Counted from the stretch's first letter, positions 1 to 9,900 are shown. The stretch: 22,247 bases of DNA from Octopus sinensis (GCF_006345805.1 NW_021836969.1:1-22247); one strand, 5' to 3'. Notes: generated by a model not told the origin, from the letters alone. Numbers and translations: made by a program.

Positions 1-722
1 ACCAGTCATGTACTGGTGTCAATGTAATTGACTGGCAACCCTTCCGATTAAGGCGGCACACTGGCAGAGTCGTTAGCGCATCGGAGAAAACGTTCGGCAG
101 TATTTCGTCCGGTTCCGTACGTTTTGAGTTCAAATTCTGTGGAGGTCGACTTTGTCTGTCATCCGTTCAGGATCGATAAAGTCCTAGTTAAGCACAGGGG
201 TTGATGTAATCAACTAGCACACCAGAGAAAACGTGTAGCCTTATTTCCTCCGACTCTACGTTCTGAGTTCAAATTCCGCTGAGGTAGGTTTTGCATTTCA
301 TTAGTTCGGAGTCGATAAATTGAGTCGATAAATTAAACACTGAGGTTAATGTAATCGGCAACACCTCTAACTGAAAATTATATTCCTTGTGCCTAGAGTA
401 GAAAGGAGTTACGCTGAGAGGTGGCAGAAACGTTAGCACGCCGGGCGAAATGCCTAGCCGTATTTCGTCTGCCGTTACGTTCTGAGTTCAAATTCCGCCG
501 AGATTGACTTTGCCTTTCATCCTTTCGGGGTCGATAAATTAAGTACCAGTTACGCACTGGGGCCAATATAATAGACTTAATCTCTTTGTCTTTCCTTCTT
601 TGTGCTCTTTGTGTTAAGCCCCATGTGGGCAATAAAGAAATAAGAATCGTTAGCACACCGGCATTACTTCCGCCTCTGGAGGTTCTGAGTTCAAATTCCA
701 TCGAGGTAGACTTTGTCTTTAA
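1..722 (+). mobile_element. Head-to-tail cluster of ~5 full/partial copies of a tRNA-derived SINE (family A); best copy ~410-645
   Basis: Recurring modules at ~52-220, ~222-360, ~410-645 and ~644-722, plus a tail fragment at 1-40. Modules: TGGCAGA..CGTTAGC (A-box-like), GAGTTCAAATTC (B-box-like), core CTTTCATCCTTTCGGGGTCGATAAATTAAGTACCAG, tail AATAAAGAAATAAGAA. 13-bp tandem duplication GAGTCGATAAATT at 309-321/322-334. Confidence 0.85.
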
Positions 723-799
723 TTATTTCCTTCAAGCTTAATGCAGTGGCAGTTTAAGAAAGATTTTATTGTGGTTGTTGTCGTTGTCATTGTCAAGCT

Positions 800-1200
800 A
801 CATTTTACCTGTGGATTAAACCATCGGAATGCGAGCAAGTTGGGGCACTGCTTAAAGAGATTTATTCCAAGAGATCGTTTCTGCTACATATTTTTCATGT
901 CTAGTACTTAAACAAACCAACACCGGTTATATTATACTAGGTGAGGGACAAATGCAAATACAAAGGCATGCAGACGAAAATATATAATGTGAGATTCCAC
1001 ATAGTTTCCTGCTACGAAATCCATTCACACGACATTAGTAGGCCTGGGGCTTTAAAAGAAGACAAAGAGATTATCTTTCTTTAATTTTACCTCTTTCATT
1101 TACTGGACTGCGTCCATGCTGAGGCACGCATTGAAGGCTTTTGATTGGAACAGTCTAAGCTTCGGCACTGATTTTTTTATCAGGGCATTTCAGCGAATGC
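800..1200 (-). mobile_element. Degenerate fragments of SINE family B (body ~800-1065 and a second 3' tail ~1075-1200)
   Basis: The reverse complement matches parts of the full copy at 19141-19555: the GTCTTCT..GGATTT..GGAAACT body and the CAGCATGG.CGCAGTC.A.T.A.TGAAA tail. Confidence 0.6.
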
Positions 1201-1330
1201 CCATGACACTCCATGGACCCTAAGTAAGGCATGTGTAAAATTTGAATGAAATTGGTTGTGTAGTTCTCAAGTTTTGGGGATTCAGACAGACACACATTCT
1301 CAGTTTTTTATATATATATATATATGTATA
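1200..1330 (-). mobile_element. Possible terminal fragment of a non-autonomous Helitron-like element
   Basis: AAATTTGAATGAAATTGGTTGTGTAGTTCTCAAG..CAGACAGACACACATTCTCAGTTTTTTATATATA resembles the end architecture of invertebrate Helitron-derived repeats. Recognised from memory only. Confidence 0.35.
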
Positions 1331-1465
1331 TAACTATTTCTCTCTCGCCCCCTTCTATCTCGCTCGCTCTCTCTCTCTCCCTCCCTCTATATATATATTT
1401 ATATATATATATATATATACATATATACATACTTATATACATGTGTGTGTGTGTGTGTGTGTGTG
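1309..1465. repeat. Compound microsatellite (TA)n/(CT)n/(TG)n
   Basis: Directly visible. Confidence 0.95.
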
Positions 1466-1810
1466 AAACCATAAATTGTTAGAAATAGGCAAACGTATTG
1501 AATATTGATAAATTAAAGCAGGAAGATAAAATGAGAGAAAGAGAGAAAGAGACTGAGAAAGAGAGAGAAGAGGGAGAGACAGACAGAGCGAAACAGTTTC
1601 AGCAAAAACTGATGTTCACCAAAAATATGCCGGTTTATTGATACGGCGGAAGTAATTGATGATGAAATATAACTACACATGCGCACAAATATACATTCTC
1701 ATACACACACCCCACACTCATACAAAGGTACACATCCGTATAGAAGTATACACAGCGATGCTTACACATACAGCAACACACATACACACACACACACACG
1801 CACATAAATA

Positions 1811-1920
1811 TCCAATCTGAGATGGCTCTCCCCGCCGCTTCCTAACGGAATCCAATCACGCCCATCTCTCTTGACGACATAAAATACAATCAAACACTAA
1901 AGTTTAGATAAGAGCGGGAA
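1811..1920. promoter_or_regulatory. Candidate promoter/enhancer motif cluster
   Basis: Unique GC-richer island with CCAAT at 1812-1816 and 1852-1856, AGATGGC (YY1-like), CCCGCC, TAACGG, CACGCCC (KLF/Sp-like), TGACG, CATAAAA and GCGGGAA. Motifs only; no functional data. Confidence 0.3.
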
Positions 1921-2249
1921 GAGAATGAAAGAAATAAATATATATAGAGAGACACAGTGATAGAGAGAGAGAAGGGGAAAGAGAGGAAAAGGAAGAGAAA
2001 GACAAAGAGAGAGAAATAAAAAGAAAGTTATGCGTTGCGCGGAATAACGAGGTATTAGCGACACAGCAACATTGCGAAACGTAAGGAGTTTTCAGGGGCC
2101 AGAAGCTAGAGGGCTTAGGTTCAAGGACCCTTAGGTAATAATGGCAATAGCAGTAGTAGTGGTAGTTATATCGGTGGTGGTGGTAGTCATATTCAAAAGC
2201 CCATTATTTGCAGTGTTATTATTAATATAAAATAATATTAAAAATAATA

Positions 2250-2396
2250 TTAATAATAATAATAATAATAATAATAGTATTACTACTAGTAGTGGTGGTA
2301 GTAGTAGTAGTAGTAGTAGTTTTAGTATTATTAATTGTAATAGTTGTAGTAGTATTCATGATATATTTTTACTTCAAGATAAGTAGTAGCAGCAAC

Positions 2397-2447
<51 letters not shown>

Positions 2448-2557
2448 CATGATATAGTGTCTCCACGTTGGTGTAACATGACAAATCGAAATGCAATAAT
2501 ACACAGCAACAACATCAACAGGAAGGAGGAGGATGAGATGAAGAAGTGGAAGAAGAA

Positions 2558-2590
<33 letters not shown>

Positions 2591-2620
2591 CAACAACAAC
2601 AACAACAACAACAACGAATG
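2250..2620. repeat. Compound trinucleotide microsatellites (TAA)n, (TAG)n, (AAG)n, (AAC)n
   Basis: Directly visible. Confidence 0.95.
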
Positions 2621-2809
2621 GAAAATGGCAAAGACAAGAATAAAAGCATGTAAAGACAAACAAAAATAAAATAACGATTCATGATTAAGGGAAAAAAAAT
2701 TAGAAAGGTGAAACTGAAGGAAAAAGGAAGAAGGAAAGGGGAAAAGGGAGGGAAAGAAACAGAGAGGGGGAGTAGGAAAGAAATAAAGAAGAAAAGATGA
2801 TAGCATCAA

Positions 2810-3161
2810 ATATATATATATGTAATGGGGTAACATTGAAAAGTCGTAATGATGATCATAATGGGGTGTATATACGTATATGCATATATACATAAATCGA
2901 TGTGTGTATGTGCATGTGCGTATGCATATGTGTGTATGTATATAAATATGTGTGTGTGTGTAGCTATACATATATACACACGCACATACATATATATGTA
3001 TATATGTATGCAAACAGGTATATATATATTATATATATATATATTTATATGTATATATATATTCATGTATATCCATATGCAAATATTACAAACAGACAAA
3101 AACAACGGTAAGCACGTATGCACAATTGCAAAATCGGAATAGAAAACAAATGTGTATGAAT

Positions 3162-3197
<36 letters not shown>

Positions 3198-3314
3198 AAC
3201 AAAAAAAAACAAACATATAAAAACACAAGAAAAAAACAAAAAATACAACAACCGAAGAAGAACAAAAAAAAAACGCAAAAAGAAAATGAAGTAAAGTGTA
3301 AAAAAAAAGCGTAT

Positions 3315-3353
<39 letters not shown>

Positions 3354-3545
3354 TAAGAAGAAGAAAGAAGAAAGAAAGCAGAAGAGACGAAGAAGAGAAG
3401 AAAGAAGAAAAAGAAGAAGAAGAAGAAGAAGAAGAGAAAAGAAAGAAGAAGAAGAGAAGAAGAAGAGAAGAAGAAGAGAGAAGAGAGAGAGAGAGAGGAG
3501 GAGGAAGAGGAGAGAAGAGAGAGGAGGCGGAGGGAAAAGAAGACA
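2810..3545. repeat. (TA)/(TG)/(CA) dinucleotide field followed by (AAT)n and a degenerate (AAG)n purine tract
   Basis: Directly visible. Confidence 0.95.
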
Positions 3546-4119
3546 AACCAAAAGAAAACTACGCAACATAATCATGATAAAGCGCAACGAATAAGGTTTT
3601 GATGGCGGCAATGATCAGAGAAGATTAGATTGGAAAAATCTGGACATAGGATTGTTAAGCTTGGATGGTTTACATCACATCACAAATATCGGGCCAACCA
3701 TGACAAAAATGGCCGCTTTTATATTTGCGTATATCACACACACAGACACACACACACACATACACTCGTGCACACACATGTACATACATATGTGGTGACA
3801 CATATACACATATACACACATACAGAGATAGATAGTCATACGTTTACACAGAAGCTCTCTCTCTCTCTGTCAGAAACGTTCACTCGATTCCTAAAACTCC
3901 TCCCATCTTCCCCTCGTCTACCCCCCCCCCAGTCGAACCCCGCCCCCATCCTCTACCCTTTCACACCCAGCATTTCTGTGCGCACTCGTATCAACAGTAA
4001 CGCAACATAAAGCGGGAAATTTACAATCGCACAGGAATCGTTCATTTAACTAAGTCATATGACCGGAAGAAAATGGACGTTACGACTTAATATGATGTCA
4101 TGTTAAATGCTAATAAAAT

Positions 4120-4315
4120 AATGATAACGATGATGATAATGCTGGGTGATGTTGATGATGATGATGGTGATGGCGATGATGATGATGGTGATGATGATGG
4201 TGATAATGATGATGGTGATGGCGATGATTGTGATGATGATAATGATGATGATGGTGGTGATGATGATGGTGATGGCGATGATGATGAGGGTGATGATGAG
4301 GGTGATGATGATGAA

Positions 4316-4346
<31 letters not shown>

Positions 4347-4425
4347 GTGATAGTGGTGGTGGTGGTGGTGGTGGTGCCGGCGGTGGTGGTCGTGATGATA
4401 TTGCTGGTGATGATGATGACGACGA
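4120..4425. repeat. (GAT)n/(GGT)n microsatellite
   Basis: Directly visible; explains the poly-D, poly-M, poly-H and poly-I pseudo-ORFs. Confidence 0.95.
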
Positions 4426-4596
4426 TGTCGATTTGTGATGGTGAAATAAAATCGGCTACAAATATAACAAAAACAATACACATTCGCCCACCCCCGCCGA
4501 AAAGAAAAAAATGCAAGAGAAAGAAACAAACTAGAATATGCCTTTAGCGTCCATTTATTAATCAAAACATATTTAATTGCTATTTTTCTACTATTG

Positions 4597-4599
<3 letters not shown>

Positions 4600-4651
<52 letters not shown>

Positions 4652-4733
4652 CACCACCACCACACCACCACCACTACTACTACTACTACTAACTACTACT
4701 ACCTCTACTACTACTACTACTACTACTACTACT
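4600..4733. repeat. (CTA)n/(CCA)n microsatellite
   Basis: Directly visible. Confidence 0.95.
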
Positions 4734-4789
4734 GTTTCGTTGCTGTCCTCGCCGACGTCGTATTTAGGAAGTCTTCGAGGTAGCAGCAG

Positions 4790-4975
4790 GAAGGCGCGCG
4801 ACGTAAAAGGTAGAGTGCCCTACGCCCGATCGCAAGATCGGGGTTTCGAATCCTGAGCCGGATAGTGCGCTGTATTTTTAAGCAAACTTCAGTTTGTGTT
4901 GCCCTAGTCAACTCAGTTGTAAAGTGAGTCATCCTGCGATGGACTGGCGTCCCGTCCAGGAGAGTGTCTGCAAGT
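4790..4975 (+). mobile_element. Degenerate tRNA-derived SINE with CORE-like centre (family C)
   Basis: tRNA-like head (GGCGCGCG..GGTAGAGTG..GGTTTCGAATCC), a degenerate CORE-like block, then CCTGCGATGGACTGGCGTCCCGTCCAGG, a motif recalled from metazoan SINE 3' regions. Confidence 0.65.
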
Positions 4976-5019
4976 ATTATATTAACATAGACCACCGCAA
5001 CTACCACTACTCCCAACGT

Positions 5020-5193
5020 ACCTCCTCCTCTTCCACCTCCTCTTCCTTCTCCTCCTTCTCCTCCTCCACTTCCAACTCCGCCTCCTTCTTCTCTTCTTCT
5101 TCTTCTTCACCTCCTCCTCCTACTACTATTATTACTGCTGCTGATACTACTACTACTACTACTACTGCTAGTAGTAGTAGTAGTAGTAGTAGT
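5020..5193. repeat. (CCT/CTT)n followed by (ACT)n-(AGT)n microsatellite
   Basis: Directly visible. Confidence 0.95.
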
Positions 5194-5224
5194 GCATAGC
5201 ATTCTTTAGACCTTTAGGTAGCGG

Positions 5225-5470
5225 CGTGAATGCTCGTGCCATGGTGGTTAGAGTGTCCAGCTCATAAACGCCGCAAGGTAATGGTTTCGGTTCCTGAGAC
5301 GAGAACTGCGTGATGTTCTTGAGTAAAACACTTCCGTTTCGCCTTGTTTCAGCCCAGTCAAAGATGCCACATACTACAGTCTTGTTCGGAGGGGAATATC
5401 ATAACGACGGGTTGGTATGTGCCCTAAATACGGGGTAACTGTTTCTAAGTGTCTTAGGGCTCAAGACACC
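5225..5470 (+). mobile_element. Degenerate CORE-like SINE (family C)
   Basis: GTGGTTAGAGTGTC (A-box), GGTTTCGGTTCCTG (B-box), TGTTCTTGAGTAAAACACTT (CORE-like). Confidence 0.6.
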
Positions 5471-5635
5471 ATTTTCCTAGGCAGCAGCATCTCTAGAGGG
5501 ATGAACAAAAAAACGTCGTGCATTATGTTGCCTTATTGTTGAGATCAAATATAGCAAAGTTCGATACAAATTAAGTTTCATCTGCCATTTTCGCAAAAAA
5601 TATATGACTAAAATCAAATAAATAAAAGCATATAT

Positions 5636-6013
5636 AACAAGAGTATTAAAAGAGTGTAAACTTCCGCCAAGGCAACACCAACGTCCTCTCAACGATAAGC
5701 CAGAGAGGATTTTTAAAATGAGAATATCTGAAATAAACTCGACTGCTCTCACAAACGGGAATAGTAAAAATGAACCCGACCGCTCTTAAAAAGTAAGTAA
5801 AAAAAAACGGAAAAATAATCCAGAATCATTGTCCGGTGCCGGATTGGTCCCAAAATCTAATCCTTTCGTACCAGTTACGAGGCCAAATATCTCTGAAAGT
5901 TTCATCTGAATCCATCCAGCGGTTCTTCGGATATCTTGTCCACGGAAAGCAAACAAGCAAACAATCAAATACGACTGAAAACAATACCTCCACCTTCGCT
6001 AAGGCAGAGTTAA
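5636..6013. mobile_element. Non-autonomous Helentron-associated (HINE/DINE-1-like) element
   Basis: Starts AACAAGAG with subterminal AACTTCCGCC (5659-5668); internal degenerate (CAAA)n at ~5948-5968; ends with an imperfect hairpin TACCTCCACCTT-CGCT-AAGGCAGAGTTA (5985-6012) whose right arm is also roughly complementary to the left subterminal motif; AA at both ends, consistent with a TT target on the other strand. Confidence 0.6.
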
Positions 6014-6242
6014 CTATCAAAAACTGGGGCTGAAATAATTGAATGTTGTTTTTAATCTAACAGATGTCCTAGTGTCTGTGATTGAAATTGATATAATTAC
6101 CTGTTACATTAGTCTAATGTGCGACCTGGTATATATATAGTACAAATAAAAATAATTGTCTATTCCATTAACCTAATTTGTACTTATGATAGAAATAAGT
6201 GTCTTGGAAAGTGATTGTAACAAACATGCAGATTAACCTAAA

Positions 6243-6260
6243 AATAATAATAATAATAAT

Positions 6261-6307
<47 letters not shown>

Positions 6308-6431
6308 TAACAATAATAATAATAACAATAATAATAATAACACTAATAATAACAATAATAATAATAACAATAATAACAATAACAACAACAACAATAACAA
6401 CAACAACAACAACAACCACAACAACAACAAC

Positions 6432-6490
<59 letters not shown>
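6243..6490. repeat. (AAT)n/(AAC)n microsatellite
   Basis: Directly visible. Confidence 0.95.
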
Positions 6491-6492
<2 letters not shown>

Positions 6493-7041
6493 GCCCTGAT
6501 GCAGTACCAGGCAGTGGCTCTCATGGCTTCTGATCTTAACTGATTGGAAGTGTTATCATGTACATAGTTTTGTCTTGGTATAAAAGATGGGCTACAGCAA
6601 ATATTCTGCTCAATACCACAGATTTGCTTGTCAGTTGTTTGACCTTAACCAGTTGAGCATGTCCCTTAGTAGCTGACGATATGGCATATCTGATCACGAG
6701 CAGAAGTAGTGGGGGAGCATCATAGCGATGTGTTGAGAGGGATTATTTGGGGTTTGAATAATTCACCTCTGAAACATGGTGGTTCTTTCAACATCCTTAA
6801 CAATCCTTATTCAGGGACCTTTTGAGCGGGATGGGCTACTCAACCTGAAGAAATTCTAACTGGGCCCCACCTGCAAGGTCATGTGCTGTTTATCTTGATA
6901 TGAGATCACCAAGTCGCGCACATATGGTTGTGATGCATGTGCCTGGTGTACCTTTATCAGACGGGTAGTCATGATGGGTATATTGGGCTTCGTATATTTT
7001 ACCCCAGTGTCACTTTGATGGCATGCACTGCTCTCTCACTC
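6491..7041. mobile_element. ~550-bp non-coding interspersed element embedded in (AAT)n, copy 1 (longest)
   Basis: Bounded by (AAT)n on both sides; homologous copies at 7159-7506 (direct) and 7507-7612 (inverted); no credible ORF. True orientation unknown. Confidence 0.75.
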
Positions 7042-7099
<58 letters not shown>

Positions 7100-7158
7100 G
7101 TAATAATAATAATCGAATGCAAATCAAGGAAAAAAAGATAACAACAACAATATTAATA

Positions 7159-7506
7159 ATGTACTGATGCAGTACAAGTCAGTGGCACTTATGGCTTCTG
7201 ATCTTAACTGATTGGAAGCGTAATCATGTATACGTTTTCTCATGGTATAAAAGAATGGCAACTGCAAATATTCTGCTCAATATCACAGATTTACTTGTCA
7301 GTCGTTTGACCTTAACCAGTTGAGCATGTCCCTTAGTGGCCGACGATATGGGCACCTCTGATCACGAGCAGAAGTAGTGGGGAAGCATCATAGCCATGTG
7401 TTGAGAGGGATTCTTTGGGGTTTGAATAATTCACATTTGGAAACATGGGTGTTTCGTTCAACATCCTTAAACAACCCTTATTCAAGAACCTTTTGAGCGG
7501 GATGGG
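7159..7506. mobile_element. Copy 2 of the (AAT)n-embedded element, truncated, same orientation as copy 1
   Basis: Aligns by eye to 6491-6835, e.g. GGCTTCTGATCTTAACTGATTGGAAG and GACCTTAACCAGTTGAGCATGTCCCTTAGT. Confidence 0.8.
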
Positions 7507-7612
7507 TAGACCGTTTTTATACCAAGACAAAACAATGTACATGATAACACTTCCAATCAGTTAAGATCAGAAGCAATGAGAGTCACTGTCTGTCTGGTAC
7601 TGCATTAGGGCA
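7507..7612. mobile_element. Copy 3 of the same element, inverted relative to copies 1 and 2
   Basis: Reverse complement of ~6491-6594 (TTTTATACCAAGACAAAAC..CCAATCAGTTAAGATCAGAAGC..GGTACTGCATTAGGGCA), followed by (ATT)n at 7613-7795. Confidence 0.85.
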
Positions 7613-7625
7613 GTTATCATTATCA

Positions 7626-7703
<78 letters not shown>

Positions 7704-7744
7704 TTTATTTTTATTATTATTATCATCATTTTTTATTATTATTA

Positions 7745-7796
<52 letters not shown>

Positions 7797-7799
7797 TGT

Positions 7800-8432
7800 T
7801 GTTGCTGTTCTCCTTGTTGTTATCAATGCTAATTATGATATTCATGACAACATTATTACATGCTATATTAGTTAGTATTGGGGTTCTTCTGAGGATTGAT
7901 TATCAGAAGTCACTTCACGTTTCAAGAATCCTCCTTAGGATTCACGAAGTATACGGAATTATAAAACCCTGCATGTCCACAAACAAGTCTCAGTTCCGAT
8001 ATCCTTGTCTTTCAGCTAGTAGTTTTAGTATTATGCCAAATGCACCAATTACCAAAGAAATAATTGTCATCTTAGTTTTCCAAAATTCTTTCATCGTTTT
8101 GGTTAGGCTGTGATATTTCTCAATTTTCACACTTCTTTCTTTTTATTTTACGAGTGGTGGGGATATCTTATGTATTATCATATGGCTTTGCAAATTATTT
8201 GATCTTACACTGTTTCTTTTGTCCCCTACAATCGTGTCCGGTCTTCTTGCTTCGATAGTGTGTGTGCGTGGTCAGTCTTTATAGGGAAATCCCAGAAAAT
8301 CCAGTAATTCGTCTCCTTCCTCGCAGCCTCTGGTTCGTGTTCTTCCCACTTTTCTGCTACGTTGAATCCTCACACTTGACTAACATCCCAAAGTATTTTT
8401 ACCTACGCAGTCATGTCCGTGTCATAAGCATT
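7800..8432 (-). mobile_element. Decayed 3' end of an R4/Dong-type (RLE-class) non-LTR retrotransposon: restriction-like endonuclease domain
   Basis: Manual minus-strand translation across frameshifts and stops: GHDCVG..KILWDVSQV*GFNVAEKWEEHEPE..IFWDFPIKTDH/TIEARRPDTIVGD..CKIK*FAKPYD..KIEKYHSLTKTMKEFWKTKMTIISLVIGAFG..S*ILRRILE. This matches the RHD, RPD, D/E and K..KY motifs of RLE domains. The 3' end runs into (AAT)n on the minus strand. Confidence 0.85.
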
Positions 8433-8442
8433 TTTCTTATTC

Positions 8443-8523
8443 TCTTCTTCTTCTTCTTCTTTCTTCTTCTTCTTTCTTCTTCTTCTTCTTCTTCTTCTTC
8501 TTCTTCTTCTTCTTCTTCTTCTT
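8443..8523. repeat. (CTT)n microsatellite
   Basis: Directly visible. Confidence 0.95.
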
Positions 8524-9149
8524 GTCGTCATTGTTCTTATTATTATGATCATCATCATTGGATTTTCTAGGGAAAGACGTGATTTTGTTAGCTTGTGGAA
8601 TTTTTATTTAAAAAAATCGCATCGGATTACATACGAAGCTAAACTGATTTTTTTTTCTGCGCAGAATCTATTTACTCATATACCATGCAAAAAATTCCTT
8701 TCTGTTGCAGGAATTTTTGCAAGAAAAAAAAAATTTCTTCAAACAAAGTTTTTTTACTTTCGTCGAGCATTTTAAGCGTGGCGGCTGAAGGAATACAAAC
8801 CTCCATACATTTAACAAAGCGAAAGATATGAAGCAAAAAATGTATAAGCAACATAATGTAGATAGTTGCACATCAAAATTATAAGAAAACCAGTTTTCGA
8901 ACTCAAATACGTTTTACACCATGATACACATAATATAAATTAACTAAAATTATAATCGAAAGAAATAAAAAACAGTGTAATTAATTATCCTTTTCCTGTA
9001 TTTGTAGCAACAGTAAAATTTTCAACGAAGTCTGTTAGTATGGAATGGACAGTCTCGGACAAATGTGTGACCAACACAAATGCTTCCTTACTCGAAAACC
9101 TGATCCTGGACTTGGAAATCCACTCGCAATGTTTTGAATTATTGTTCAT

Positions 9150-9230
9150 GGTGCCACGCAATGGGAGGACTGAACCCGGAACCATGTGGCTGGGAAGCAA
9201 ACCTATTACCTCCTAGCCACACCTGCACGT
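9150..9230 (-). mobile_element. tRNA-derived head of SINE family B
   Basis: The reverse complement GCAGGTGTGGCTAGGAGGTAATAGG..CCACATGGTTCCGGGTTCAGTCC..GCGTGGCACC matches 19143-19217. Confidence 0.8.
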
Positions 9231-9309
9231 ATTCAAAGAAATGATTTCAAAAGTCTCAAAGCAACAGCGCTTTGTAAACATATCTTGGTGTACAAACAAA
9301 AACAGGAGA

Positions 9310-9592
9310 AGCAACAACCTAAAGCTCCACGAAGCTCCGGCAGGGGGTGGTGGCAACTCCTGTTGTACTCTTTCGCCCCAACTTTCTCTCACTCTTTCTT
9401 CCTGTTTCTTGTCCCCGACTTCCTACGCAACCGCATTCATCCATCCGTCGAAGCTCTCGGTGTCGGGGGTTAAATGCTTGTGCTTCTGCGAGATTTACGA
9501 ATAGCAAAGGACCACGTTTCGGACTTCTCCCGTCTTGCGAGCGCTGGGACGAAGACCGTTCGCTCAACAGTAGCAGTAGCAACAACAATAAC
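9310..9592 (+). mobile_element. Probable SINE/non-autonomous retroelement body with a (CAA)-like tail
   Basis: GC/CpG-rich island. GGGGGTGGTGGCAACTCCTGTTGTACTCTT resembles the RTE-derived segment of Bov-A-type elements (recalled). Ends in CAACAGTAGCAGTAGCAACAACAATAAC. Confidence 0.4.
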
Positions 9593-9644
9593 GTTCACAG
9601 ATATTTCATCAAACGCAATTGTTGATATATATATATATATGTAT

Positions 9645-9900
9645 TATGAGGTCACTTGATCCAATGGTTAGGGTGCTGCAGTCACGCTCACGATATCGTA
9701 GTGTGAATTTTTATACCGGGTTGTACATTGAGTTCTTGAGCAAGGCATTTCATTCACGTTGCACATCGATCACTTCGACACCTGACGTGCTCATACGATA
9801 TCGATCTGATGGAGGGAGTGAGCTAATATACTACACATACATATGATCACTATAAATACCTCCATTTGTGCAGGTCGTTCAGTTTCTCTAAGCCCTATAA
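9645..9900 (+). mobile_element. Degenerate CORE-like SINE
   Basis: AATGGTTAGGGTG head and GTTCTTGAGCAAGGCATTTCATTCACGTTGC CORE-like block; 3' boundary uncertain. Confidence 0.5.

Noticed and set aside
1-722. Regularly recurring GAGTTCAAATTC and GTCGATAAATT motifs resembling a CRISPR array
   Set aside because: The intervening sequences are homologous to one another (SINE copies), spacing is irregular, there are no cas genes and the context is eukaryotic.
7799-8113. 104-aa plus-strand hydrophobic ORF
   Set aside because: Antisense shadow of the minus-strand RLE endonuclease relic.
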